Counted from the first letter of the stretch, positions 23,285 to 32,156 are shown. The stretch is 64,000 nt of DNA from Candidatus Gastranaerophilales bacterium (GCA_028280605.1 JANQLL010000185.1:1567-65566); one strand, 5' to 3'. Translations and numbers: made by a program. Notes: generated by a model not told the origin, from the sequence alone.

Positions 23285-24164
23285 CCATAATCTCCTCTAT
23301 AGCACGGGCAAGTCTTTCAAAGTCGTGCATAGATAATTTTTCACCTCTAATAGTAGGAGAAATACTTGCCTGTGACAGTGATTCATTAATTACGCTATTA
23401 TCAAAACCAGAATTAACAAGTGCATTTTTAATTGTTTTTCTTCTCATTCTAAAGCCAGCTTGAATTACCCGCCTGAATAACTTAGGATTTTTAAGGTCAA
23501 TTGCCGGTTTTTCTCTAACTTTTAATTTAATCAAAGCCGAGTCAACCTTTGGCGCAGGATAAAATGACTTTGCCGGTACTTTAGCAATCAGTTCCGGCTC
23601 AGCCCAATAATTTACAAGAATAGATAATAACCCATATTCTTTTGATGCGGATAGTTCATTAGCAACAATTCTTTGTGCTACTTCGTATTGAACCATTAAC
23701 ATTATTTCCTTAATCATTTTCCTGTTTGAATGTTCAAGTTCATCGATTTCGCCAAGCAAATGTACAATAATCGGACTTGTTATATAATAAGGTATATTTG
23801 CAATTATTTTTATTGGATTATTGGTTAATTCACTTATAGCAACTTTAAGAATATCTTCATTAATTATTTTAAGATTTGAAAAGTTTAATTTTTCCAGCTC
23901 TTCTATGGCATCTTCATCAATTTCTACTGCAAAAATTTTTGCAGCCAACCGGGCTATTTTTTCTGTAACAAAACCAATCCCGGGACCTATTTCTAAAACT
24001 ACATCGTCTTTGCTCAAAGATGCTTCGTCTATGATTTTCTCAATTATATTTGGGTCTAGCAAAAAATTTTGCCCTAACCGTTTTTTTGTTCTAAATTTTT
24101 TTGCCCTTTTTAAATAATTCAATTTTAATCCTCTTAGGCTATTATCTAAAATAATAATACTCAA
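23265..24164 (-). CDS. rsmA: 16S rRNA (adenine1518/1519-N6)-dimethyltransferase RsmA/KsgA
   Basis: LGQNFL and EIGPGIG motifs. Confidence 0.9.
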   Translation of the reverse strand: MSIIILDNSLRGLKLNYLKRAKKFRTKKRLGQNFLLDPNIIEKIIDEASLSKDDVVLEIGPGIGFVTEKIARLAAKIFAVEIDEDAIEELEKLNFSNLKIINEDILKVAISELTNNPIKIIANIPYYITSPIIVHLLGEIDELEHSNRKMIKEIMLMVQYEVAQRIVANELSASKEYGLLSILVNYWAEPELIAKVPAKSFYPAPKVDSALIKLKVREKPAIDLKNPKLFRRVIQAGFRMRRKTIKNALVNSGFDNSVINESLSQASISPTIRGEKLSMHDFERLARAIEEIMDGKSKS

Positions 24165-24291
24165 TAAAAAAAAATTATGCTAAGCTTACAAAAACATTAA
24201 CAATTATTTTACTTTATTTGTGAATAAGTTGATAATACAATAAAATCAACTATAAATTAAGATAAAAAATGGAAAATATGGAAAATTAAAA

Positions 24292-25653
24292 ATGCAGCAA
24301 TTATTAGAAAAAAATAAAAAAAGTCAAGTAATAACTAATAAAAATCAGCTGATGGAAATATTTTTCAGCGGAATAAAACCTGATACGGATTTTAAAATTG
24401 GCTTAGAATTTGAAAAACTTGGAATTGATAATAAAAATTTTATAGCAAAACCTTTTTCAGGAGAAAATGGCATATTTGAGTTTTTGGAAAATTTTAAAAC
24501 AGAACACAATTTATCAACCCAAAGCTCTGATGAGCTTGTAAATAATATCAATTATAAAGAAGGCATAATAACGATTGAGCCGGGAAGTCAGATTGAATAT
24601 AGTATCAATCCACATAAAACCATTCAAGAATTAAGTACAATAGTTGCAAATTATAATAATATTACCAATGAACTGGCTGAAAAGATGAGTATAAAATGGA
24701 TTGGACTTGGAAACCAACCTGTATCTACACATGGAAATATTATTATAATTCCAAAAGATCGTTATAAAATAATGACAGAATATCTTCCAACAAAAGGCAG
24801 CCGTCCTTTTGTTATGATGAGAGAAACTGCCGGAATTCAAGCTGCATTTGATTTTAATTCAGAAGAAGATGCAATAAATAAGCTACGCTTATCCGTTGGA
24901 TTATCTCCTATAGTTACGGCTATGTTTGCAAATTCTCCAATTAGGGAAGGTAAATTATCAGGTTTTAAATCTTATAGGGCTTATGGGTGGCTAGATACAG
25001 ACGAGGATAGATGCGGCTTGATCTCACCTGAGTTATTTAAAAATAATTTTTCTTTTGAAAATTATACCGATATAATGCTTGATTTGCCTATGATATTCCT
25101 TCAAAAAGAAGGGAAATGGTTTAATATGAAAGGCATGCCGTTTAGAGAATATTTGAAAAGCGGATATAAAGGTTATCATGCAACCATTGAAGATTGGCAT
25201 TTGCATTTAAGTTCATTCTTCCCGGAAGCCAGGCTGAAAAACTATATAGAAGTCAGGTGTACTGATTGCCAGAGAGAAAATTTAATACCGGCAGTGCCTG
25301 CTTTATGGAAAGGCCTGTTATACAATCCTGATGCTTTAGATGCTGCTTGGGATATTATCAAAAATCTTGACTGGAGAGACTATAGCGATTTAAGGTTCTC
25401 TGTGCCTAAACTTGGTCTAAAAGCTAAATGCAGATATTTTAAAGTTGTTGATGTTGCCAAAGAAATTATTAATATAGCTATGCAGTCTTTAAAAGAGCAA
25501 CAGATTACTGATGGTATTGATGAATCCATATATTTAGAAGAATTCAGTGATCTTGTTCGTCAAGGCTTATCACCTGCTGATATTCTGATTGAAAACTGGA
25601 ACGGTGCTTGGAATAAAGATATTCGTAAGTTAATAAATTATGCATCTTTATAA
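24292..25653 (+). CDS. gshA: Glutamate-cysteine ligase, GCS2 (plant/cyanobacterial) type
   Basis: 453 aa. IEPGSQIEYS and FPEARLKNYIEVRCTD motifs typical of the plant-type GCL family. Confidence 0.8.
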   Translation: MQQLLEKNKKSQVITNKNQLMEIFFSGIKPDTDFKIGLEFEKLGIDNKNFIAKPFSGENGIFEFLENFKTEHNLSTQSSDELVNNINYKEGIITIEPGSQIEYSINPHKTIQELSTIVANYNNITNELAEKMSIKWIGLGNQPVSTHGNIIIIPKDRYKIMTEYLPTKGSRPFVMMRETAGIQAAFDFNSEEDAINKLRLSVGLSPIVTAMFANSPIREGKLSGFKSYRAYGWLDTDEDRCGLISPELFKNNFSFENYTDIMLDLPMIFLQKEGKWFNMKGMPFREYLKSGYKGYHATIEDWHLHLSSFFPEARLKNYIEVRCTDCQRENLIPAVPALWKGLLYNPDALDAAWDIIKNLDWRDYSDLRFSVPKLGLKAKCRYFKVVDVAKEIINIAMQSLKEQQITDGIDESIYLEEFSDLVRQGLSPADILIENWNGAWNKDIRKLINYASL

Positions 25654-25742
25654 TAATCAGAAAGCTTATTACTTGCTTCACCTATTATTTCAAACATTCT
25701 GCTAACAGCATTATAAGTTTTTTCATACAAACATTACCTTGC

Positions 25743-25849
25743 TATACTCCCACTAAAATACTTTTCAGATTATTAAATCGAGTTAAAGTTAATAAAATAA
25801 ACTATTCTCTGGAAAGAGTAATCTGAAATTTAATTGATGAGCAGTATAA
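25743..25849 (-). repeat. 107-nt imperfect-palindrome repeat, copy A
   Basis: The reverse complement differs from copy C (43590-43696) at 3 of 107 positions by hand alignment. Confidence 0.85.
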
Positions 25850-25895
25850 GTAATATAGTTATTATAATATATTAAACTTAAAATTGCGTTCTGTT

Positions 25896-25958
25896 AGTCT
25901 GATTGAATGCTATAACAAAGATGTTCGCAAGTTAATAGATTACTTGGGGCTGCTATAA
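25896..25958 (+). pseudogene. Displaced, diverged duplicate of the gshA 3' end
   Basis: Translates SLIECYNKDVRKLIDYLGLL*, versus the gshA C-terminus ILIENWNGAWNKDIRKLINYASL*. The 27-nt core is 23/27 identical and all differences are transitions. Confidence 0.6.
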
Positions 25959-26054
25959 AACCTAAATTTTTGTAAATTTTTAATGTAAATTTATCAATAT
26001 TATATATGTTTGCATTTAAATAAAAAAGGAAGTTCTGTAATATAGGTAAGTTTT

Positions 26055-26921
26055 ATGGCTTTTAATGCAGTTGGTGGCATAGCGCAAGTAAATGGACGAC
26101 CTGGCCCTTATGATAATAGGGTTAAAAATCCAAACGTTAGATACGGCAGAAATGCAGTAGCGAATTATGCTGAATATAATGCAAGGTTAAGCTTGCCGGC
26201 TGATCAATTTGATGCTCCGGATGTTAACGCTTTAGCTGGAGACTTGGCAGATTCTTTACAAGTTGCTAAAAGAATCAGTACAACAAAAATTCTACAAGCT
26301 TACGGAATAATTAATCCAAAATTTGCAGATGTAATCTTAAAAAGAGATGAAGGGCGTTTAGCTCAACAAAATGAAAGTACAGGGCAACGGTTAGATCAAC
26401 TAGAGGGTTGGACTAATGAGCAGCACAATATAATTGAAAATGCAGCTCCTATTGGCTTTAAACTACAGTATCTGCCAGAGGATAAAGTAACCCCAAAAAA
26501 TTTAAATAAATTAGCACTCATGGCTGCATCATTTGAAGATTTAGGCAAGAAAATTTCAATACCGGTAGTCCAAATAACTCAAGGCCTACAGCAAATCTTT
26601 GGTAAAAAAGTTTCGGCTGAAGCTCTTGATGCAAATAATGATGGTCAAATTGATATTGCAGAAAACGCTACTTCTATTTTAATAAAAGATATGGCAGATA
26701 AGCATTCAACAGATGATGTTGTAGCAACGGGCAAGCTTGACTTACAAGCAAAAGACATAGATGGTACTTATACAAATACTGGCGAAACTAATATTTGGTC
26801 CTTTTTAAAAACTGATAAGATTAGTGAAACAAAGCAACTTATTACTCAAATTTATAATGCTTTTCAATTAGATAAAGCAAAAGAAGAATTTTTAAGTGAT
26901 GAAAATAATACCATACAATAA
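26055..26921 (+). CDS. Hypothetical protein with one EF-hand-like calcium-binding loop
   Basis: 288-aa ORF. DANNDGQIDIAE (26628-26663) fits the DxNxDGxIDxxE EF-hand loop. No signal peptide. Confidence 0.6.
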   Translation: MAFNAVGGIAQVNGRPGPYDNRVKNPNVRYGRNAVANYAEYNARLSLPADQFDAPDVNALAGDLADSLQVAKRISTTKILQAYGIINPKFADVILKRDEGRLAQQNESTGQRLDQLEGWTNEQHNIIENAAPIGFKLQYLPEDKVTPKNLNKLALMAASFEDLGKKISIPVVQITQGLQQIFGKKVSAEALDANNDGQIDIAENATSILIKDMADKHSTDDVVATGKLDLQAKDIDGTYTNTGETNIWSFLKTDKISETKQLITQIYNAFQLDKAKEEFLSDENNTIQ

Positions 26922-27054
26922 CCATATATAGAGAATGCTCTTTTCTACTTGTTTAGTAAACTTTTTGTAACAATCATTCAACTTTCATGAAATACTTTAA
27001 CAAATATGTTATACTATATATATAGCATATAAATAATAGGTAGGTGTATTGGTC

Positions 27055-27507
27055 ATGAAAATAACACAATACGTTAAAACTCTATTTTTTATTTTGTGGA
27101 ATATGATAACATTCCTATGTTTAATTATTGCCCCGCAAAATTTAAATTCGGTGAAAGAACTTTGTTTATCTGTTCTTAAACGTATAGATAGTTATTTTTA
27201 TAATATATTTTTATATTTAAAAGAATTAAAAAAGAAAATAATAATAAATAAAAACAATAAAGCTGATGCCTCATCAGCACAACCTATTAATAAAAGTAAA
27301 AAACAAGTATTAAACTCGTTTGATATTAATAATAATATATTAAATCAAGCAGTAAAATCTTCAAAACGCTTATCTAACAACAAATTAAAGGATGCGCCAG
27401 CCACGCAAAATTTAATTTCAAAACAGCACTTTTTCCGCTTACAGGATAAGTGTGCCTTTTTATACTCTTTTGTAAGCAAAAACCATTGCAGTCTATATAT
27501 TTTTTAA
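27055..27507 (+). CDS. Small N-terminally anchored K/N-rich protein, paralogue 1
   Basis: 150 aa from the ATG at 27055. TM helix LFFILWNMITFLCLIIA. C-terminal LKDAPATQNLISKQHFFRLQDKCAFLY is shared with 55706-56191. Confidence 0.55.
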   Translation: MKITQYVKTLFFILWNMITFLCLIIAPQNLNSVKELCLSVLKRIDSYFYNIFLYLKELKKKIIINKNNKADASSAQPINKSKKQVLNSFDINNNILNQAVKSSKRLSNNKLKDAPATQNLISKQHFFRLQDKCAFLYSFVSKNHCSLYIF

Positions 27508-27770
27508 TTTTTACATCACATACAATTGAATATTTTTTTCAGCTCTCTTTAAGGCTAAAAGAGGCGGAATTTATAATGGATACTTTAATCACTAGTAAAA
27601 AGTATCCATTATAATTATATATGAATTCCTATGTCATACCCTTAAATTAAATATAAAAATCGGGCTTGGCTCAAAAAAGGGCCAAAGCAAAAGCTAGATT
27701 TAGAAATTATGAATAATATTTTTTTACTTTAAATTTTTATTTCTTAAAATTTTAAAAATTACTTAATATA

Positions 27771-28628
27771 TTAATTAAATAGCCCGCAAAACATAATAAC
27801 TCCAAATATTATTATAAAAACAGGTCCGGCAAGTTCCACTATTTTTAGTAATACTTGAACACTATTATTAGACTTTTTTAACATAATTAATTTACGAAAA
27901 TAAAACGATAATAAACCCACTGCAGTAATAGTGGAGCCTATGCCTAAACCTATGGCGATTACAAGCATTACACCAATATAAAACATTTTACTGGCAGCAG
28001 TAAAAAGTAATATTAACAATGATCCTATACAAGGCACTAACCCTGCGGAAAAAGCAAGAGCTGTTGAATTATGCTTGCAGTTGCAAACATTTTTTTTGAT
28101 ATTTCTCAATTTACTTATAAGCATAAAAAGCCCAATACCAATAACTAAAAGAAAACTTATAAATTTAAACCAGTAAATCTGCTTATCAGGATCGGATATT
28201 ATCTGCCGTAAAGAAATATCTGCAATCAACACAAATATAATTGGCGTAATAACATGAGTCATAGATATCTGATAAGCCATAATAGGAACTTTTTGAAGTT
28301 TTTCTTCACTAGAAATAAAATAAGAAGCTATAATAGCCTTGGAATGACCCGGGCCTAAAGCATGAAGACAGCCATATAAAAAAGCAAAAAATATCCCTAT
28401 CGCAAAAACCATCGGATTTTTTTCTTTTTTTATGTTTCTTAAAGTTTTAGTAATTTCAAAATTGAGCATTCTCTGTACTTTCAATATTTCAGAAAAAATG
28501 CTTCTGACAGGATTAATTTGAACTTCTGCCTTAGCAGGTGCAGGCCCGATAGCATTAACAGGCTGAGCAATAAAACAAATACTAAACATAAATAATGAAA
28601 ATATAAAAACTAAAAAATAATTTTTCAT
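27771..28628 (-). CDS. NicO/RcnA-superfamily metal (Ni/Co-type) transporter permease
   Basis: Multi-TM protein with HALGPGHSK motif. ATG at 28628 is preceded by AAGGAGG and overlaps the DUF1007 stop (ATGA). Confidence 0.7.
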   Translation of the reverse strand: MKNYFLVFIFSLFMFSICFIAQPVNAIGPAPAKAEVQINPVRSIFSEILKVQRMLNFEITKTLRNIKKEKNPMVFAIGIFFAFLYGCLHALGPGHSKAIIASYFISSEEKLQKVPIMAYQISMTHVITPIIFVLIADISLRQIISDPDKQIYWFKFISFLLVIGIGLFMLISKLRNIKKNVCNCKHNSTALAFSAGLVPCIGSLLILLFTAASKMFYIGVMLVIAIGLGIGSTITAVGLLSFYFRKLIMLKKSNNSVQVLLKIVELAGPVFIIIFGVIMFCGLFN

Positions 28629-29251
28629 AATCCTCCTTGGCTCCCGCAATGTAATTTTATCCTCTGAGGGGGCACAGTTTTATAATAATAAAGGTTTTGT
28701 AAATCCTCATCTATTTTATACTTGCAACTATTGGGACCAGTACCGGCAAAAGATGCAGGTTTAGTTTCATCAAAATAAACATAATAATAATAGCTTTCAT
28801 CATAAAAACTTGCTGACAATGGTTTTAACGACAAATCAACAGGTATATCAAAGTTAACAGTAAAGCTTATGGTTATAATATCTTGATCGTTAACTGTAAA
28901 ACCAAACTCTCGTGGCTTAAATGTCAATAGATTATTGTCAAATTTTATATAGCTGTAATAATTTTTATTTGCCATGTTTTCAAGGACAAATTTATGTATC
29001 TCCCATTTCAGCTGTTTTTTCTCAACTTCATCAAGCTTATCATTGTTATTACTGTCAACAGCCTTGATTAGCATCAAACTATTCATTTCATCAAGCTTCC
29101 AGTTTGTTTTTATTTTTATTAATTGTTTTTTTTTAAATATAAAAACAATGGAATTCTCTATCCACCCATGAGGATGTGATATGGTAGAAGACAAAGGAGA
29201 AAATATAAAAAAAGTAAATATTATAAGGCTTAATAAATATTTTATTTTCAT
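28625..29251 (-). CDS. DUF1007-family periplasmic partner of the metal transporter
   Basis: Signal peptide then HPHGW motif. Conserved pairing with the NicO-like permease. Confidence 0.65.
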   Translation of the reverse strand: MKIKYLLSLIIFTFFIFSPLSSTISHPHGWIENSIVFIFKKKQLIKIKTNWKLDEMNSLMLIKAVDSNNNDKLDEVEKKQLKWEIHKFVLENMANKNYYSYIKFDNNLLTFKPREFGFTVNDQDIITISFTVNFDIPVDLSLKPLSASFYDESYYYYVYFDETKPASFAGTGPNSCKYKIDEDLQNLYYYKTVPPQRIKLHCGSQGGL

Positions 29252-29294
29252 GTAAAAATTTAACCTTTTTTGCTTTTTTATTATTAAAATTTTA

Positions 29295-29399
29295 TTATAC
29301 AGGTTTTCAATTAAATTTCAGATTACTCTTTTCAGAGATTAGCTTACTTTATTAACTTTTACACTATTTAAAAATCTGAAAAGTATTTTAGAAGTAATA
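29295..29399 (+). repeat. Imperfect-palindrome repeat, copy B (diverged)
   Basis: About 85% identical to copy C by hand alignment. Lies between the rhodanese stop and the DUF1007 start. Confidence 0.75.
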
Positions 29400-29408
29400 T
29401 AAATATAT

Positions 29409-29807
29409 TTATTTATCAAAAGAATAGCCAAGCTTTTGCCAATTATTTAAGCCTCCTTTAAGTATTTTTAGCTGTAAAAAACCATTTGTACTTAAATTTT
29501 TATATGCTTGTATACTCTTAACTTGGTCACTACAAATAAGAATTATTGTTTTATCGGTAGGCAACTTATTTTGATGTTCTTTTAAATTCGTAAACGGTAT
29601 ATTTTGTGAACCTGCTATATGTTGATTCTTGTACTCAAGTTTATTTCGTACATCAATAAGTACGAGCCCTGGTTTAGTCAGGTTACCTCTTAATTCATCA
29701 GCTTCTATTACGGGTATATTCTCAAGCCCGATACTTGATTTTAATAATATTTTTCTAAAAAAAGATACTAAAAAAGTTATTAATCCCAATAATAATATTA
29801 ATTTCAT
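29409..29807 (-). CDS. Membrane-anchored rhodanese-domain protein
   Basis: N-terminal TM helix plus rhodanese fold with active-site loop CSDQVKS. Confidence 0.75.
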   Translation of the reverse strand: MKLILLLGLITFLVSFFRKILLKSSIGLENIPVIEADELRGNLTKPGLVLIDVRNKLEYKNQHIAGSQNIPFTNLKEHQNKLPTDKTIILICSDQVKSIQAYKNLSTNGFLQLKILKGGLNNWQKLGYSFDK

Positions 29808-29856
29808 TCAAAACTCCAACTTATTTCACCAAATGTAATAAATTTTTTTTAAAATT

Positions 29857-30975
29857 TTATGTGGCGATTTCCTTAGTTAATTTTACAATATTTTCAGTTG
29901 CATAAGGTTTTGCAAGTATTTTAGCTGAATCTTTCATTTTTAACAACATATTTTCATTACTCAGCAAGTCAATAATAAACCTCATTAAATTATCCGCATT
30001 ACAATCATTGTCATCCAAGTATAGGGCAGCACCTTCTTTTTCCATCGCCCTGGCGTTATATCTTTGATGATCAGCCGCCGCATAGGGATAAGGAATAAGA
30101 ATAGAAGGCAAAGCACTTAAACATAACTCAGAAAGAGTTAACGAGCCGGCCCTTGTAATAGCCAAATCAGCAGCCGCATACAATAAAGCTGTATTGTCAA
30201 AATACGGCCTGACTATATAATCAGGATTGGACAATATATTAGGACAAATAGATTTAAGTTCTTTTATATACTCATCATGTTTGTTTTTGCCTGTCTGCTG
30301 TATGACAATATATTTATGCTCTTCCACAAGACTTTGCACAATGGTCTTCATTGCATCATTTAAAGACTTAGCCCCCTGTGATCCACCGATTATTAACAAT
30401 ATTTTTTTGTTAGCATCCAAGTTTAATTGGTTTACAGCTTCATTTTTAGATATAGTCGAAAAAGTTTTCCTTACAGGGTTTCCATTAACAAAAATATTAT
30501 TAGATTTAATAAATTTTTTTGCCTCCTCAAACGCTACAGACACCACAGCAGCATAAGGAGCTGTTACCCTGCTCACAATGCCGGGGTGTGCATCTGCATC
30601 ATGTATAATAAAAGGAATTTTGAGTAATTTTGCTGCAATTAAGGCAGGTCCGCTAACATATCCTCCTGTACCGACAACAACGTTGGGTTTGTACTTTTTT
30701 AAGTAACTAATAGCTTTTATACTTGCTATTATTAGTTGAAAAATCCATTTGATAAATCTGATGCTAATCTTCCTTGGCATACCCGATACAGAAACCGGTA
30801 AAAATTCGATATTTTCCTGAGCAACAATATCTTTTTCCATATTATTAGGGCAGCCTATATAATAAATGTGTTCAATGTTCTGATCTTGCTTTAGTTTTTG
30901 CACTACAGCAATCGCCGGATAAATATGCCCGCCTGTTCCACCACCTGATATTAATACATTAATTTTATTTTCCAT
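29857..30975 (-). CDS. murG: UDP-GlcNAc:lipid I GlcNAc transferase MurG
   Basis: GGTGGHIYPA N-terminal motif, 372 aa, position in the dcw cluster. Confidence 0.9.
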   Translation of the reverse strand: MENKINVLISGGGTGGHIYPAIAVVQKLKQDQNIEHIYYIGCPNNMEKDIVAQENIEFLPVSVSGMPRKISIRFIKWIFQLIIASIKAISYLKKYKPNVVVGTGGYVSGPALIAAKLLKIPFIIHDADAHPGIVSRVTAPYAAVVSVAFEEAKKFIKSNNIFVNGNPVRKTFSTISKNEAVNQLNLDANKKILLIIGGSQGAKSLNDAMKTIVQSLVEEHKYIVIQQTGKNKHDEYIKELKSICPNILSNPDYIVRPYFDNTALLYAAADLAITRAGSLTLSELCLSALPSILIPYPYAAADHQRYNARAMEKEGAALYLDDNDCNADNLMRFIIDLLSNENMLLKMKDSAKILAKPYATENIVKLTKEIAT

Positions 30976-30980
30976 TCTTG

Positions 30981-32156
30981 CTAACCTTTACGCTTACTTT
31001 TCAGCCTGGAGATATTTAATAAAATACCAAGCATAATCATTGTTGTAAGCACTGATGAACCTCCATAGCTTATCAATGGTAATGTTACACCAGTAGCTGG
31101 CAAGGTACCTGTTGCAACACCGATATTAATAAAGGCTTGCACTCCAATAGAAAAAGTTATTCCAAATGCTACAAGCTTGCCGAACATTTCAGGGCACCTA
31201 TTTGCAATATAAAAGCCTCTATAAATAAATGCGACAAACAAGCCAATAACAATTAATGAGCCTCCTACGCCTAATTCTTCAGCAATAACAGCAAATATAA
31301 AATCAGTATGAGCAAACGGCAACCAGAATAATTTTTGCTTAGAATTACCGTAACCTACGCCGAAAAATCCACCTGAACCTATAGCATACCAAGATTGTAT
31401 AAGATTATATCCAAGGGTATGAGCAAATTCCCAAGGATTTAGCCATCCTTTTATCCTATCCCATTGATATTCATTGGATCGCATATAAATAAAAACAAAT
31501 ACTGAACCCAAACCGGTCGTACCAAATGTTAATAGCGGAGAAACTCCTCCTACAAGCATCAAAGCGCCAGAGGTTAATGCAAGCATTATAAACATACTTA
31601 AATTAGGCTGCTTTAATATAAGCAAAGCTGTCAATCCAACCAAAAAGCAACATGCCATAAATTTTTTACTTATCAAGTGCTTTATATTTATCATGGTAGA
31701 AGAGATAAGCAATATAGATGCAAGCTTTGCTAACTCTGAGGGTTGAAAAGGAATGCCACCTATCACCAGCCACCTGGTTGCTCCATAATTTAATTTACCC
31801 ATAGAGGGAATATATGTAGCAAGTACAAGGAGCAAAACAGCTATACTAAAAGGTATTGCTATATCTTTTAGCCTTTGATAGTTAACTCTGGAAATACCAA
31901 ATAGCAATATAAACCCAAGAAATAAAAACACACTATGCCTAATTAAAAAATAAGCAGAGTTTTTATCAGGAATAACAGCAGCCTCAGGTGCACCTGCGCT
32001 AAAAACGAAAAGTAACCCAATTAAAGCAATACAGCAAATTATTATCAATAAAGGTTTATCAAAAGGATCAAGCGACTTAACCTTTTTCTTTGCTTTTAAA
32101 TTTGGCTTAACGGGCTTTTTTGATTTATTGTTTTGAGTTTTTCTTTGCTGAGACAT
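30981..32156 (-). CDS. ftsW: SEDS peptidoglycan polymerase FtsW
   Basis: 10-TM SEDS protein with PLISYGGSS motif. ATG at 32156 (MSQQRK...) preferred over the longer ORF that overlaps murD. Confidence 0.85.
   Translation of the reverse strand: MSQQRKTQNNKSKKPVKPNLKAKKKVKSLDPFDKPLLIIICCIALIGLLFVFSAGAPEAAVIPDKNSAYFLIRHSVFLFLGFILLFGISRVNYQRLKDIAIPFSIAVLLLVLATYIPSMGKLNYGATRWLVIGGIPFQPSELAKLASILLISSTMINIKHLISKKFMACCFLVGLTALLILKQPNLSMFIMLALTSGALMLVGGVSPLLTFGTTGLGSVFVFIYMRSNEYQWDRIKGWLNPWEFAHTLGYNLIQSWYAIGSGGFFGVGYGNSKQKLFWLPFAHTDFIFAVIAEELGVGGSLIVIGLFVAFIYRGFYIANRCPEMFGKLVAFGITFSIGVQAFINIGVATGTLPATGVTLPLISYGGSSVLTTMIMLGILLNISRLKSKRKG

Noticed and set aside
24528-24540. CTGATGA-type strings (here, in the cpaF and SBP genes, and near repeat copy A) checked as hammerhead ribozyme cores
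   Set aside because: All lie in coding sequence or lack the paired GAAA element and flanking helices needed for a hammerhead.
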